A stretch of 64,000 nt of DNA, taken from a virus. Positions 28,988-37,430 of the stretch are shown piece after piece. A program made the position numbers and the translations under genes. The notes beneath the pieces are model-generated. The model was not told the origin of the DNA. It saw only the letters and a list, made by a program, of their open reading frames with translations, and searched no databases. The DNA lies in IMG/VR virus record IMGVR_UViG_3300018933_000001, positions 64,001 through 128,000 of that record, one strand, 5' to 3'. Every line of letters starts with the position of its first letter. Positions within the stretch are counted from its first letter, which is position 1.

Positions 28988-29166
28988 AATAGTGGAGTGT
29001 AGACTTTTTCTAAAATTTGTACTTACATATAGTCCGCAGATTTCAAGAAATGTCTACATTCTATTTTTGACCCGAAAGTTAAAATAAATAGCTTATAAGT
29101 GAGGTACGAGCTAAATACAGAGTAGAGGATTAATAAATTGTGTCAGTCCTTAGAAATTTATTCTAA
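28988..29166. other. non-coding cluster of five consecutive hairpins, including a third copy of the palindromic site (29003-29052)
   Basis: Stems gagtgtagac/gtctacattc, ttttgac/gttaaaa, tagct/agcta, aggatt/agtcct, ttagaa/ttctaa. Confidence 0.55.
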
Positions 29167-29256
29167 AGTGGTAGAAATAAAATGAATTATTATAGCCAAT
29201 AGTCAAGTAGAAAACAGTCTCGAAACGAGTTCTTACGAGTTAAAAAACTTCTACCA

Positions 29257-29265
29257 TGCTATAAT
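29257..29265 (+). promoter_or_regulatory. extended -10 promoter TGCTATAAT upstream of tRNA-Lys
   Basis: Perfect TGn-TATAAT 11 nt before the tRNA. Confidence 0.75.
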
Positions 29266-29276
29266 TTAAATAACTA

Positions 29277-29348
29277 GGAACCTTGACATAGTGGTTGTGT
29301 AGCTGGCTTTTAACCAGTGTTAGGAAGGTTCGATTCCTTCAGGTTCCA
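29277..29348 (+). tRNA. tRNA-Lys (TTT)
   Basis: GGAACCT/AGGTTCC acceptor, GCTGG-CTTTTAA-CCAGT anticodon arm, GAAGG-TTCGATT-CCTTC T arm; CCA not encoded. Confidence 0.92.
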
Positions 29349-29376
29349 TTTTTTAATTGAATAAGAGGAAAAGTTC

Positions 29377-29784
29377 ATGCACAAAGGTAAACATAGATTT
29401 TCTTACCGAAATTCAGCTATCCAAATAGTAGAGTTTATCGATTTTGATAGTGAAGAGATTAGATATGTTACAGATGTCCTTCCTCATAGCTACGATAGTT
29501 TAGACTCTTTAATTTCTGATTACAAGAGGTTGATAGATAAGAGATTAGAACCTAAAAGAAGAAAGGAAGAAGATGATTTTGATGAAAGGTCAATCTACTA
29601 TAAAGACCAAGAATTAGAACTAGAAAGAGATATTGTTACAGGAAAGGTAGTAGGAGGTAAAACTTATGATTTGTATTCTGAGAGAATGTTTAGACCTTTA
29701 GTTAGATTTAAAGGTAAATTAAAAGATTTACGCAGACAGTTTGAGAAATACGTAGATGATTATGAGAAGTATTTAATCAAGTAG
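29377..29784 (+). CDS. protein with two HicB-like domains
   Basis: SYRNSAIQI...SLDSLISDYKRLID; YYKDQELELE...FKGKLKDLRRQFEKYVDDY. Confidence 0.65.
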   Translation: MHKGKHRFSYRNSAIQIVEFIDFDSEEIRYVTDVLPHSYDSLDSLISDYKRLIDKRLEPKRRKEEDDFDERSIYYKDQELELERDIVTGKVVGGKTYDLYSERMFRPLVRFKGKLKDLRRQFEKYVDDYEKYLIK

Positions 29785-29823
29785 AGACAAACAAAAAAGT
29801 CACATCTATTGAGGGAGAGATAA

Positions 29824-30207
29824 ATGATTACAGAAACTTTAGTTATCTTACACGAAAGTAAAGAATGTCCTTGGTCAGATGCTAGAGAATATAGTTGGTA
29901 CACTAAACATCCAGTAATTAAACGAGTAGGATTTACTTATAAATCAGATTCTATATTTGGAGGTTCTTATGTTAGAAGTTACTCAAAAACTCATGGAAAA
30001 GAAAGTGGTTATATCCCTACTCCAGTATTAGAGAAACTTAATTGTGTTTATGAGGAAGAAAAAGAAAAATCTGTTGAAGAACAAGTTAGATACGGACAAA
30101 AAATATTAGCTCAAGATTTATTTAACGCTATGCTTCGTTATTATCCAGAAGCTTTACCAGAAGTAATTAAGTTGTTAGCAAATTTGAAAGCCCGGCTTGA
30201 AAAATAG
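29824..30207 (+). CDS. hypothetical protein
   Basis: ORF with RBS. Confidence 0.65.
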   Translation: MITETLVILHESKECPWSDAREYSWYTKHPVIKRVGFTYKSDSIFGGSYVRSYSKTHGKESGYIPTPVLEKLNCVYEEEKEKSVEEQVRYGQKILAQDLFNAMLRYYPEALPEVIKLLANLKARLEK

Positions 30208-30237
30208 ATTACACAATCAATACCGAGGAAGAATAAG

Positions 30238-30555
30238 ATGACTAACTTAGATATAACTTTACCACAGTTCCATTTACTACTAGATCATTACTTAATATCT
30301 AAAGACTTAAAGAATAGATTTACTGTTGAAGGGAAAAATGTAATATTCAAAGCATTAGTAGAAAAACATTCACACATGATTTGGACAATAGAAGAGATAT
30401 GTAATGAATATACTGAATTATCTTTAGTTGATTTTTCTAATAAGTATGCTATAGAAGCAGATGAAGAAGTTATTGACAATTATTTATGTCAAGAAAGTAG
30501 TTATGCTTTAGGTTTTACTAAAGATACAGTAGTATTTCAAGATGTTATTGAGTAA
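30238..30555 (+). CDS. hypothetical protein
   Basis: ORF with RBS. Confidence 0.65.
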   Translation: MTNLDITLPQFHLLLDHYLISKDLKNRFTVEGKNVIFKALVEKHSHMIWTIEEICNEYTELSLVDFSNKYAIEADEEVIDNYLCQESSYALGFTKDTVVFQDVIE

Positions 30556-30610
30556 AATAAATGATTGTCCGGGATTTTTAGAAGAAGTGAGTTAGGAGAG
30601 GAAAGTAGAG

Positions 30611-31237
30611 ATGCTAAAAAAATACTGTGATATTAACTATCGCGGACATTTATTAGAGATTGAAGAAAATGAGTATGTACCAGGAAAATTTAATTATAAA
30701 GGTAGTTCCAGAGATAAAATTTTATTTCTAGTTTATCCATATACATTAGAACAAGTTATCAATAGGTTTAGAAGCGCAGTAGATGATATCTTAGGAGAAA
30801 GAATTAGAGAAGGAGATAGTCAATTAGTTCTTACTCTTATCTATAAAAAGTATGAATTGGAGATTTATCAAAGTAATGCACAAAGAACTTATTCAGCTTT
30901 TTTACAAAGTTTAGATTTTGCTACTTGGAGTAATTTAGGTTATGTTTCTATAATTAAAGCTTTTATACAAAGAGTTGAGGATAGATTAAATGGTTTAGAT
31001 GATGCTCCTATTCAGACTATTTATAATTATAAACAGCATCAATTAGTAATTAGAAAACAAGGACTACTATATACTGGTATCTCTTGTGTTCATGGAGAAT
31101 CTTGGAGACATCAAAGTCATGATTGGGATTTTTTAATCAGATGGTTTAAGTCAGATATTGGTGAATTCTCAGATGAGGAGGAAGAGCCACAATTAGTTGA
31201 AATGGCTGAGAATTTAGGACTTTACGAATATTTTTAG
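30611..31237 (+). CDS. protein with three tandem HicB-like domains
   Basis: NYRGHLLEI..FRSAVDD; IYKKYELEI..FIQRVED; NYKQHQLVI..FKSDI. Confidence 0.65.
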   Translation: MLKKYCDINYRGHLLEIEENEYVPGKFNYKGSSRDKILFLVYPYTLEQVINRFRSAVDDILGERIREGDSQLVLTLIYKKYELEIYQSNAQRTYSAFLQSLDFATWSNLGYVSIIKAFIQRVEDRLNGLDDAPIQTIYNYKQHQLVIRKQGLLYTGISCVHGESWRHQSHDWDFLIRWFKSDIGEFSDEEEEPQLVEMAENLGLYEYF

Positions 31238-31246
31238 GAGAAGTTA

Positions 31247-31780
31247 ATGAGTAAGTATCAGCACTATAAAAAAGAATTAGAAGATGCCGTTGAATTTATA
31301 AATGATATAGGATGTTATGGCTGGTTAGGTGATGGAGCAAAAAGTTTAGAGAAAATAGCTAAAGAAATGCTATCTACTATTCGAGAGCTAGAACCAGTAG
31401 AGATTGACCCAGAGTTCTTTGATTGGCAAAGTAGAAAGTTTACTCTATATCCTTTAAGCACTAGCATTAGAGAAGTGTATAAAGAGAAATCTGACGGTAC
31501 AAGAGTTCAAGTAGGGTTATTTTATAATAATGAAAATTTAGCTCTTTACAAACCTAGTAAGTTAAGAAGTCCTACAGGTAATCCTAGTTACATTGAAGGA
31601 TTAAATTGGTCTACTTATTGGTTTTATTTAGATGAGACTAATAAGAAAGTAAAATTTACACCTTCTAATAGAATCCATGAGATATTTGAAGACCCTTGGA
31701 GTACCTATGAGTTTAATGCTTTAGGTTATAAGACTCCTAACGGTACTATTGTTCACTATGATTCTTATATTGAGGAATGA
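31247..31780 (+). CDS. hypothetical protein, 'VGYL' paralog family
   Basis: VQVGLF...LGYKTPNGTIVHYDS; N-terminal AKEMLSTIRELE helix. Confidence 0.7.
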   Translation: MSKYQHYKKELEDAVEFINDIGCYGWLGDGAKSLEKIAKEMLSTIRELEPVEIDPEFFDWQSRKFTLYPLSTSIREVYKEKSDGTRVQVGLFYNNENLALYKPSKLRSPTGNPSYIEGLNWSTYWFYLDETNKKVKFTPSNRIHEIFEDPWSTYEFNALGYKTPNGTIVHYDSYIEE

Positions 31781-31783
31781 GAA

Positions 31784-32116
31784 ATGAAAATAAGTGCTGA
31801 GTATGAAGGCTTCACTCTAAATATCGAGGAATATTCTGATAAAGAAGGTGGAATTTACTGGAAAGCTACTTGTAACGAATTAAATAGTTATACCTTTTGT
31901 TTTTATCCTAGGCTTTATAGGAGTTTAGATGGTGGCATTTCTACATTCAAACGAGAAGTAGTTTTAGCTAAGAAACAGTTAGAGGAACAACACCAAATAT
32001 TAGATGAGAGATTTGCTCTCGATGCTGCTGCGTTTTTTAGTAATGATGAAGATAGTGAGATGAAGGAAGAAGATATTCTCCAATTTCCCATTAAAGGTAC
32101 TAATCCTAGATTTTAA
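31784..32116 (+). CDS. HicB-like domain protein
   Basis: EYEGFTLNIEE...YWKATCNEL...SLDGGISTFKREV. Confidence 0.6.
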   Translation: MKISAEYEGFTLNIEEYSDKEGGIYWKATCNELNSYTFCFYPRLYRSLDGGISTFKREVVLAKKQLEEQHQILDERFALDAAAFFSNDEDSEMKEEDILQFPIKGTNPRF

Positions 32117-32334
32117 GGTAAGATTGTACATTATCTCATTTGGTGGGAAAAAGGTGAAGATAGAGACTTTGTAGGTGAAAAGAAATTAGTTAACACATCA
32201 ATTCCTAACAAAGAAATAGAAATTGAAACTTTTGAATTTATTAAAGGTTGGAGTTTTAAAGAGGGGACAGATTACTATAAAATAATTATCAATAATAAAG
32301 AAGTTAAGTTTAGTCCAAAAGAAGTATTTTTCTC

Positions 32335-32664
32335 TTGATTATGGGATATTGGATAGATAGAAGAAAAGAAGAAGACGCAGAAATTGCGGGAGTATTGGTG
32401 AGTATATTTCCTAGAGGAGGAGAGTGTATGGGAAAAGTAGTACCAAAATCAGCTAACCCAAGTTCTGATGAAAATATTATACCTAACTCTTTCCCAACTC
32501 AAGGGAAAGAAGAACCTCCAGATGATGTTAAATACAATGAAGAATGGTGGAAATGGTATTGTAAAGAAAATAACTTAGATGTGAGTTCAGGTAAAAGTTT
32601 AAGAGGTGGTAGTTCTAGAGATATTATTAGTTACGAAGATGTTCAAGATTATTTATCTTTCTAA
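32335..32664 (+). CDS. hypothetical protein
   Basis: ORF track. Confidence 0.55.
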   Translation: MIMGYWIDRRKEEDAEIAGVLVSIFPRGGECMGKVVPKSANPSSDENIIPNSFPTQGKEEPPDDVKYNEEWWKWYCKENNLDVSSGKSLRGGSSRDIISYEDVQDYLSF

Positions 32665-32667
32665 GTC

Positions 32668-32826
32668 ATGAATAGTAGTTTCTTCCATCAGGGTTATGAG
32701 TTACTAATAGTCAAAGATAATTGTATTTATTACGGTCTTTGCAGAGGGTTAGGTTATTCTAGTAACTCAGATAATGAGCAAGAGTTGAAGAATGATTTTG
32801 TTAAATATGTTGGTGGAGTAGTTTAA
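32668..32826 (+). CDS. minimal HicB-like domain protein (52 aa, not in ORF track)
   Basis: MNSSFFHQGYELLIVKDNCIYYGLCRGLGYSSNSDNEQELKNDFVKYVGGVV. Confidence 0.65.
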   Translation: MNSSFFHQGYELLIVKDNCIYYGLCRGLGYSSNSDNEQELKNDFVKYVGGVV

Positions 32827-33021
32827 TGAAAAATAGTATGTATTGATAATTACAATCGAGAGTCTAGAGCAGATGTTCTAATTGCAGAAAATGTTCACAA
32901 GTATTTTGGTGAAATAATAGTTGAGTTACTGAATAAAAGAGAAGGAGATAGCACTGATGACTTCTTTGTTCTTAAAGAAGATGATTATAAGTTGTGGAAA
33001 GGAATGGAAGAGTTGATTTAG
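32826..33021 (+). pseudogene. conserved phage hypothetical broken by an extra A near the start (probable sequence error)
   Basis: Removing one A from atgaaaaatag gives MKIVCIDNYNRESRADVLIAENV...DDYKLWKGMEELI. Confidence 0.6.
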
Positions 33022-33045
33022 TTATTATTTAGTGGTAGAAAAACT

Positions 33046-33207
33046 ATGATATATAATCACAAAGGTTACGAATTAGTTATTACTTATAACTCAGAATCCG
33101 GATTGTGGGAAGGTAATTGTAAGTCTTTAGGTATTTATGTAATAGCTAGAACTCAAGGATTGTTAGAAAGTAGTTTTCGTGAAAGAGTTGATGATATGGG
33201 AAAGTGA
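33046..33207 (+). CDS. minimal HicB-like domain protein (53 aa, not in ORF track)
   Basis: MIYNHKGYELVITYNSESGLWEGNCKSLGIYVIARTQGLLESSFRERVDDMGK. Confidence 0.7.
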   Translation: MIYNHKGYELVITYNSESGLWEGNCKSLGIYVIARTQGLLESSFRERVDDMGK

Positions 33208-34145
33208 ATAAAATGATATATAGATTTAGAACTAATTACAAAGGACACGATTTAGATATCCAAAAGAAAAAAGATAGTGATAAATATATAGGAACCTCTA
33301 CTTTCTTAAATAACAGATGGAACCATGAAGATTATAGTGTAGATTTCATTATAAAAAGACATCAGATTGAGATAGATAGAATAGTGGAGCAGCAGAAGAA
33401 AATGATAGGAAAGACTTATGAGGAAGTTTATCGTGAGTGGAGAGGTAATACAAAGGTAATTACTTATAAAAATTGTAAGATGCTTATTACTGCCAGAAAA
33501 AGAGCTAAGGATAATCGAATAGTGTATTTAGGAGAGTTTAGTAAGGACAGATATAAAACTTGGATTAGAACTAGCATTGAAAGCATTCATTACGATAAAG
33601 TAATTGCTAAGTTTGAGAGATTTGTGGATGAGTATTGTACTGATTGGGGAGTTAAGGCTGTATTACAGTATAAAGGTTATGAGATAAAGATTTGCAGAGA
33701 AGTGGGTTGTAAGGAGTTCTATTTTGGAAGTGTTCAGTTTCATAAGAATTCTACTTTTAAACATATTGCAGATACTAGAGAAGAAGTAGAAAGATGTTGT
33801 AAAAATAGAATAGATAAAGTGATTTATGAGAAGGAAAAAGTAAAAATAATTAGTCCTAGGAACGAAAAGATTAAAGAATTAGAAGAGTTGCTAACTAGAA
33901 TATCTACTCAACTAGAAGAACTGAAAAAAGAGAAAGATACTTTAACTTATAAGGGAGTAGTTTTAGAGATAGATACTATACCTGATAGATACGGAAGGGT
34001 TAAAGGTCTTCTTAGAAATATTTCTAATCCCGCACCTTTTGTAGAAGATAATTTAGAGAACTTAAAGAAGTCATTCGAGAGTTATGTAGATAAGCTAGAG
34101 AACCAGTACCTTTTATTTTGTAAGTTAACTGGTAGAGACTCTTAA
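33204..34145 (+). CDS. protein with four HicB-like domains
   Basis: NYKGHDLDI, TYKNCKMLI..FERFVDEY, QYKGYEIKI..ADTREEV, TYKGVVLEI..DNLENLKKSFESYVD. Confidence 0.7.
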   Translation: MNKMIYRFRTNYKGHDLDIQKKKDSDKYIGTSTFLNNRWNHEDYSVDFIIKRHQIEIDRIVEQQKKMIGKTYEEVYREWRGNTKVITYKNCKMLITARKRAKDNRIVYLGEFSKDRYKTWIRTSIESIHYDKVIAKFERFVDEYCTDWGVKAVLQYKGYEIKICREVGCKEFYFGSVQFHKNSTFKHIADTREEVERCCKNRIDKVIYEKEKVKIISPRNEKIKELEELLTRISTQLEELKKEKDTLTYKGVVLEIDTIPDRYGRVKGLLRNISNPAPFVEDNLENLKKSFESYVDKLENQYLLFCKLTGRDS

Positions 34146-34167
34146 AATCTAGTTAAATAGTTAAGTA

Positions 34168-34200
34168 AGAGAGTTAGGAAGTCTTAGCTCTCTTTTATTT
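34168..34200 (+). terminator. probable intrinsic terminator
   Basis: aagagagttagga-ag-tcttagctctctt then TTATTT. Confidence 0.6.
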
Positions 34201-34212
34201 TGAGGAGTAGAA

Positions 34213-34543
34213 ATGGGCAATATTATTTATTACTTTCAGAGGTTATAACTTAGAGTATTATCCTCAACCTAACAATACTTATTGGGGTATTTGCAGAAAG
34301 TTAGGTACTAGAGTAAGAGAAGATACTTTAAAGTTACTAGAATGGAAATTTCATCAGAGAGTAGATTCTATTAACTATCTTGTTTACTTATTGTGGAGTT
34401 GTGACCAAGAAGAATATTACTGTACTAATAGTGACCAATACGGAATTGAAGATTTAGTAGAACATTTACCGAAATTAGAAGAAAGGATAAAAGAAATTGA
34501 GCGTAGAAATACTATTTTAAATATTGAAATTAAGAAGCTATGA
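34213..34543 (+). pseudogene. HicB-like domain protein broken by an extra G after ATG (probable sequence error)
   Basis: GAGGAG RBS; removing one G gives MAILFITFRGYNLEY...YWGICRKLG...TLKLLEWKFHQRVD...KKL, coupled to next ATG. Confidence 0.6.
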
Positions 34544-34842
34544 CTATTAATACAAGTGCAACATTAATTATTGAGATAAAAGAAGATAGATTTTCTATTC
34601 CCTTAACTAATGTAGGTGGCTTTGGGCCGAATAATAACTACTACTTAGTTAGAAATAGTGATGAAGTAAAGAGGTTTACTAAGTTTCTAGGATATCTAGA
34701 TTCAGAAGAGAATGATTGTCCAAAAGTAATGGAAGTTTATGATGAATCTACTAGAGAGTATAAACATAAATTTAATATATCCAACAAGCTACATAAATTA
34801 GAAATTGAGTTTAGATTTAATGAACTTTATGTGGATTGGTAG
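34540..34842 (+). CDS. hypothetical protein
   Basis: ORF track. Confidence 0.6.
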   Translation: MTINTSATLIIEIKEDRFSIPLTNVGGFGPNNNYYLVRNSDEVKRFTKFLGYLDSEENDCPKVMEVYDESTREYKHKFNISNKLHKLEIEFRFNELYVDW

Positions 34843-35237
34843 AAATGAAAATAACTATTTGGGGCAATCAATATCCATTACGTCTAGATACTAGAAATTT
34901 ATATTTAAGTTTTCCTGGTATTGAGACAATGGAAAGAAATAAAGAAAAAGAAACAGATTTAGATTACATAACTTTTTATGTTGAGGGACGTTTCTTCAGT
35001 ATTAGGTTTGATTATACTGAGTTTGGTCTTAAGATATTTCCTGAAGTTTATGATTCAGAGCTACAGTTTCTATTTGATAATTTTGATAAAGCTGAGAAGT
35101 TTGGTTTGTTTTTTAGAAATGGAGAAATAGTAGAAGCTGATTCTTACTGGAAAGATGGAGAAATGGTGATTTATAAAAGTAAGTTAGATAAATTGATTGA
35201 ACTAACAGAAGAAGCTGGTCTTTACGATTATTACTAG
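34836..35237 (+). CDS. hypothetical protein
   Basis: ORF track. Confidence 0.6.
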   Translation: MVEMKITIWGNQYPLRLDTRNLYLSFPGIETMERNKEKETDLDYITFYVEGRFFSIRFDYTEFGLKIFPEVYDSELQFLFDNFDKAEKFGLFFRNGEIVEADSYWKDGEMVIYKSKLDKLIELTEEAGLYDYY

Positions 35238-35245
35238 GAAGATTT

Positions 35246-35662
35246 ATGGAAGTTAGACTTATAATTGCTGGTTCTAGAGATTTTAATAATTACGAACTTC
35301 TAAAGAAAGAAGTGGATGAGTATTTCTTAAGTATTGTTAATGACCTTTTTAGTGATTTACCCGTAGGTACTACAAAAGCTATTTATACAAAAATCGTATC
35401 TGGTGGAGCTAGAGGTGCGGATAGATTAGGTGAGAGATATGCTAGGGAAAGAAGTTTAGCAATTAAACAGTTTATTCCTAACTGGGGGAGTGAAGGTAAG
35501 AAAGCTGGTCGCTTAAGAAATGAAGAAATGGCAGAGTATTCTAACTACTGCATTTGTTTCTGGAATGGTAGCCCCGGAACTGCCAGCCTGATTAGATTAG
35601 CTAAGAAGTATAAATTAGGTTTAAAAGTAGTTAATGTAGATTCTACTAATGAAAAAGAATAA
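35246..35662 (+). CDS. SLOG family protein (YspA/DUF2493-like)
   Basis: IIAGSRDF, IVSGGARGAD, AG.LRN.EM, FWNGSPGT. Confidence 0.85.
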   Translation: MEVRLIIAGSRDFNNYELLKKEVDEYFLSIVNDLFSDLPVGTTKAIYTKIVSGGARGADRLGERYARERSLAIKQFIPNWGSEGKKAGRLRNEEMAEYSNYCICFWNGSPGTASLIRLAKKYKLGLKVVNVDSTNEKE

Positions 35663-36218
35663 TTCTCTCAAAACTCTAACTTCTCATAAATCAGATGAAC
35701 ACAATACTCCAAGTTACATAATAGAAGCTGCTAGAGAAGTCCTAGGTACTATTGATTTAGATTCAATGTCTAATACTTTGGCTAATGAAACAGTTAAAGC
35801 CACGACATTTTACACGAAAGAAGATAATGGGTTGGATAAAGATTGGTATGGAAGAGTCTGGTTAAATCCTCCATTCTCTTTAGCAAAGTTAGCTATTCCT
35901 AAACTAATAGAATCTTATGAGTCGGGACAAGTAGAAGAAGCTATATTACTAATCAAATCTGATGTCTCTACTCAAAAATACAAATTGCTTTATCCTTATC
36001 CATTTTGTGAATTGAATAAAAGAGTTAAGTTTGAGAATGTAGATAATAAAGATTCAGCTCCTTTCCCAGTAGTATTATTCTATTTAGGAAGAAATTATTA
36101 TAGATGGAATAAAGTAATGAGTAAGCTAGGTAATGTTCATCCAGGTAATAGATTATTTAATAAATTAGCTATGAATTGTAATATTGATGATTTACGTTAT
36201 TTAGGAGTAATAGAATGA
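35649..36218 (+). CDS. phage DNA N6-adenine methyltransferase
   Basis: DEHNTP, IDLD, DNGL..DW.GRVWLNPPFS. Confidence 0.85.
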   Translation: MKKNNSLKTLTSHKSDEHNTPSYIIEAAREVLGTIDLDSMSNTLANETVKATTFYTKEDNGLDKDWYGRVWLNPPFSLAKLAIPKLIESYESGQVEEAILLIKSDVSTQKYKLLYPYPFCELNKRVKFENVDNKDSAPFPVVLFYLGRNYYRWNKVMSKLGNVHPGNRLFNKLAMNCNIDDLRYLGVIE

Positions 36219-36439
36219 GTCTTGATAGAGAAGAGTTAAAGAGATTAGGTATAAGGTTCCCTTTAATAAAAGAGAGGAAATTACCTAAAGACAACGGGTT
36301 TTCGAGTAGAGATTACGTGGAGGATAATCTTGGGGCTGCTGAATGGTTATTAGATAACTCAGAAATGTTATTAGAAGTGTTAATTAAATATCGTAGAATT
36401 ACTGGAATTACTTTTAAAGAAGAAAAACCAAGTGAATAG
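36215..36439 (+). CDS. hypothetical protein
   Basis: Coupled ORF. Confidence 0.55.
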   Translation: MSLDREELKRLGIRFPLIKERKLPKDNGFSSRDYVEDNLGAAEWLLDNSEMLLEVLIKYRRITGITFKEEKPSE

Positions 36440-36812
36440 TCTAAATGTAAAAAGAATATCTATTAAAGGAAGTCCTAGTCAACCAGACGCAATTTATATA
36501 GGTAGAGAGAATAGAACTTATTGTTTGAGGCAAAGTCCTTTAGCTAATCATTATAAGATAGGTAAAGACGGGACTAGAGATGAAGTAGTAAAGAAATACC
36601 GCCAATGGTTGTGGGAAGAAGTGCAGAGAGGAAGAGCGGTAGAGAATGAGGTTTGGAAAGAGCTAAAGAGTATCTTAAAGGACATTAAGCAGTTAGACTC
36701 TGAAGACGATTATATTAGACTAATGTGTTGGTGTAAAGAAGATGAGAAATGTCATGGGGATATAATTATTAACTGTCTTAATTGGATGAATAAGAGTAAC
36801 TTAGGAGATTGA
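36432..36812 (+). CDS. DUF4326 family protein
   Basis: IYIGR..SPLAN.Y..GKDGTRDEVV.KYR, L.CWC...CHGD. Confidence 0.85.
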   Translation: MNSLNVKRISIKGSPSQPDAIYIGRENRTYCLRQSPLANHYKIGKDGTRDEVVKKYRQWLWEEVQRGRAVENEVWKELKSILKDIKQLDSEDDYIRLMCWCKEDEKCHGDIIINCLNWMNKSNLGD

Positions 36813-36813
36813 T

Positions 36814-37110
36814 ATGAAAGTAGCTTTTTTAAGTCCAGATTCTACTGAGATATGTCTTACTAGATATGATTATTATGATGCAGAAGAGTATGAGCCAAAT
36901 ATAGGACTACGAGATGCTCTGCTAGATTTTTCTAAAATGCAAAAGATTAATAGATCTATTTCAGAAGTTCTTGAGAAATTTGGAAATTGGAAAGTATTAG
37001 TATCTTGCGAAGAAGTTATAGGTACTAATTGGTATTACTCTAATAAGTTTAAAGAACCTAAAACTATTAAAGAGTTGTGCTTAACTAATATCTGGATGTT
37101 AGGAGATTAA
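36814..37110 (+). CDS. hypothetical protein
   Basis: AGGAG RBS; resembles 39358..39630 (MKV.F...G...ALLDF). Confidence 0.6.
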   Translation: MKVAFLSPDSTEICLTRYDYYDAEEYEPNIGLRDALLDFSKMQKINRSISEVLEKFGNWKVLVSCEEVIGTNWYYSNKFKEPKTIKELCLTNIWMLGD

Positions 37111-37112
37111 TC

Positions 37113-37418
37113 ATGATAAAAGAGAAGAAAGCTATTCAATATAGAGGATTTTATTTAACAGCTTGTTACACAGAAAAAGATAACCCTGGGTATATTGGTA
37201 CTATCTACTCTAAGGAATTAGACAAGTATAGATGGAAAACTAATCATTACGGCTACCCAAAAATTATCTATCAGTATCAAATAGATGAAACAATAGACAA
37301 AATGAAAGAGGAAGTTGATAAATTTTTAGAAAAATATAAAAAGTATCTTGAGTGGAGAATAGAAGAAACAAAACTAGAACTTGATAGGCTGTTATTTCAC
37401 TTAAATTTTTTATTTTAA
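37113..37418 (+). CDS. HicB-like domain protein
   Basis: QYRGFYLTA...YIGTI...TIDKMKEEVDKFL. Confidence 0.55.
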   Translation: MIKEKKAIQYRGFYLTACYTEKDNPGYIGTIYSKELDKYRWKTNHYGYPKIIYQYQIDETIDKMKEEVDKFLEKYKKYLEWRIEETKLELDRLLFHLNFLF

Positions 37419-37430
37419 AAAAAGTAAATT

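Noticed and set aside
26668-29052. CRISPR array or IS element
   Set aside because: Only 3-4 dispersed copies, no regular repeat-spacer period, no transposase motif and no target-site duplication.
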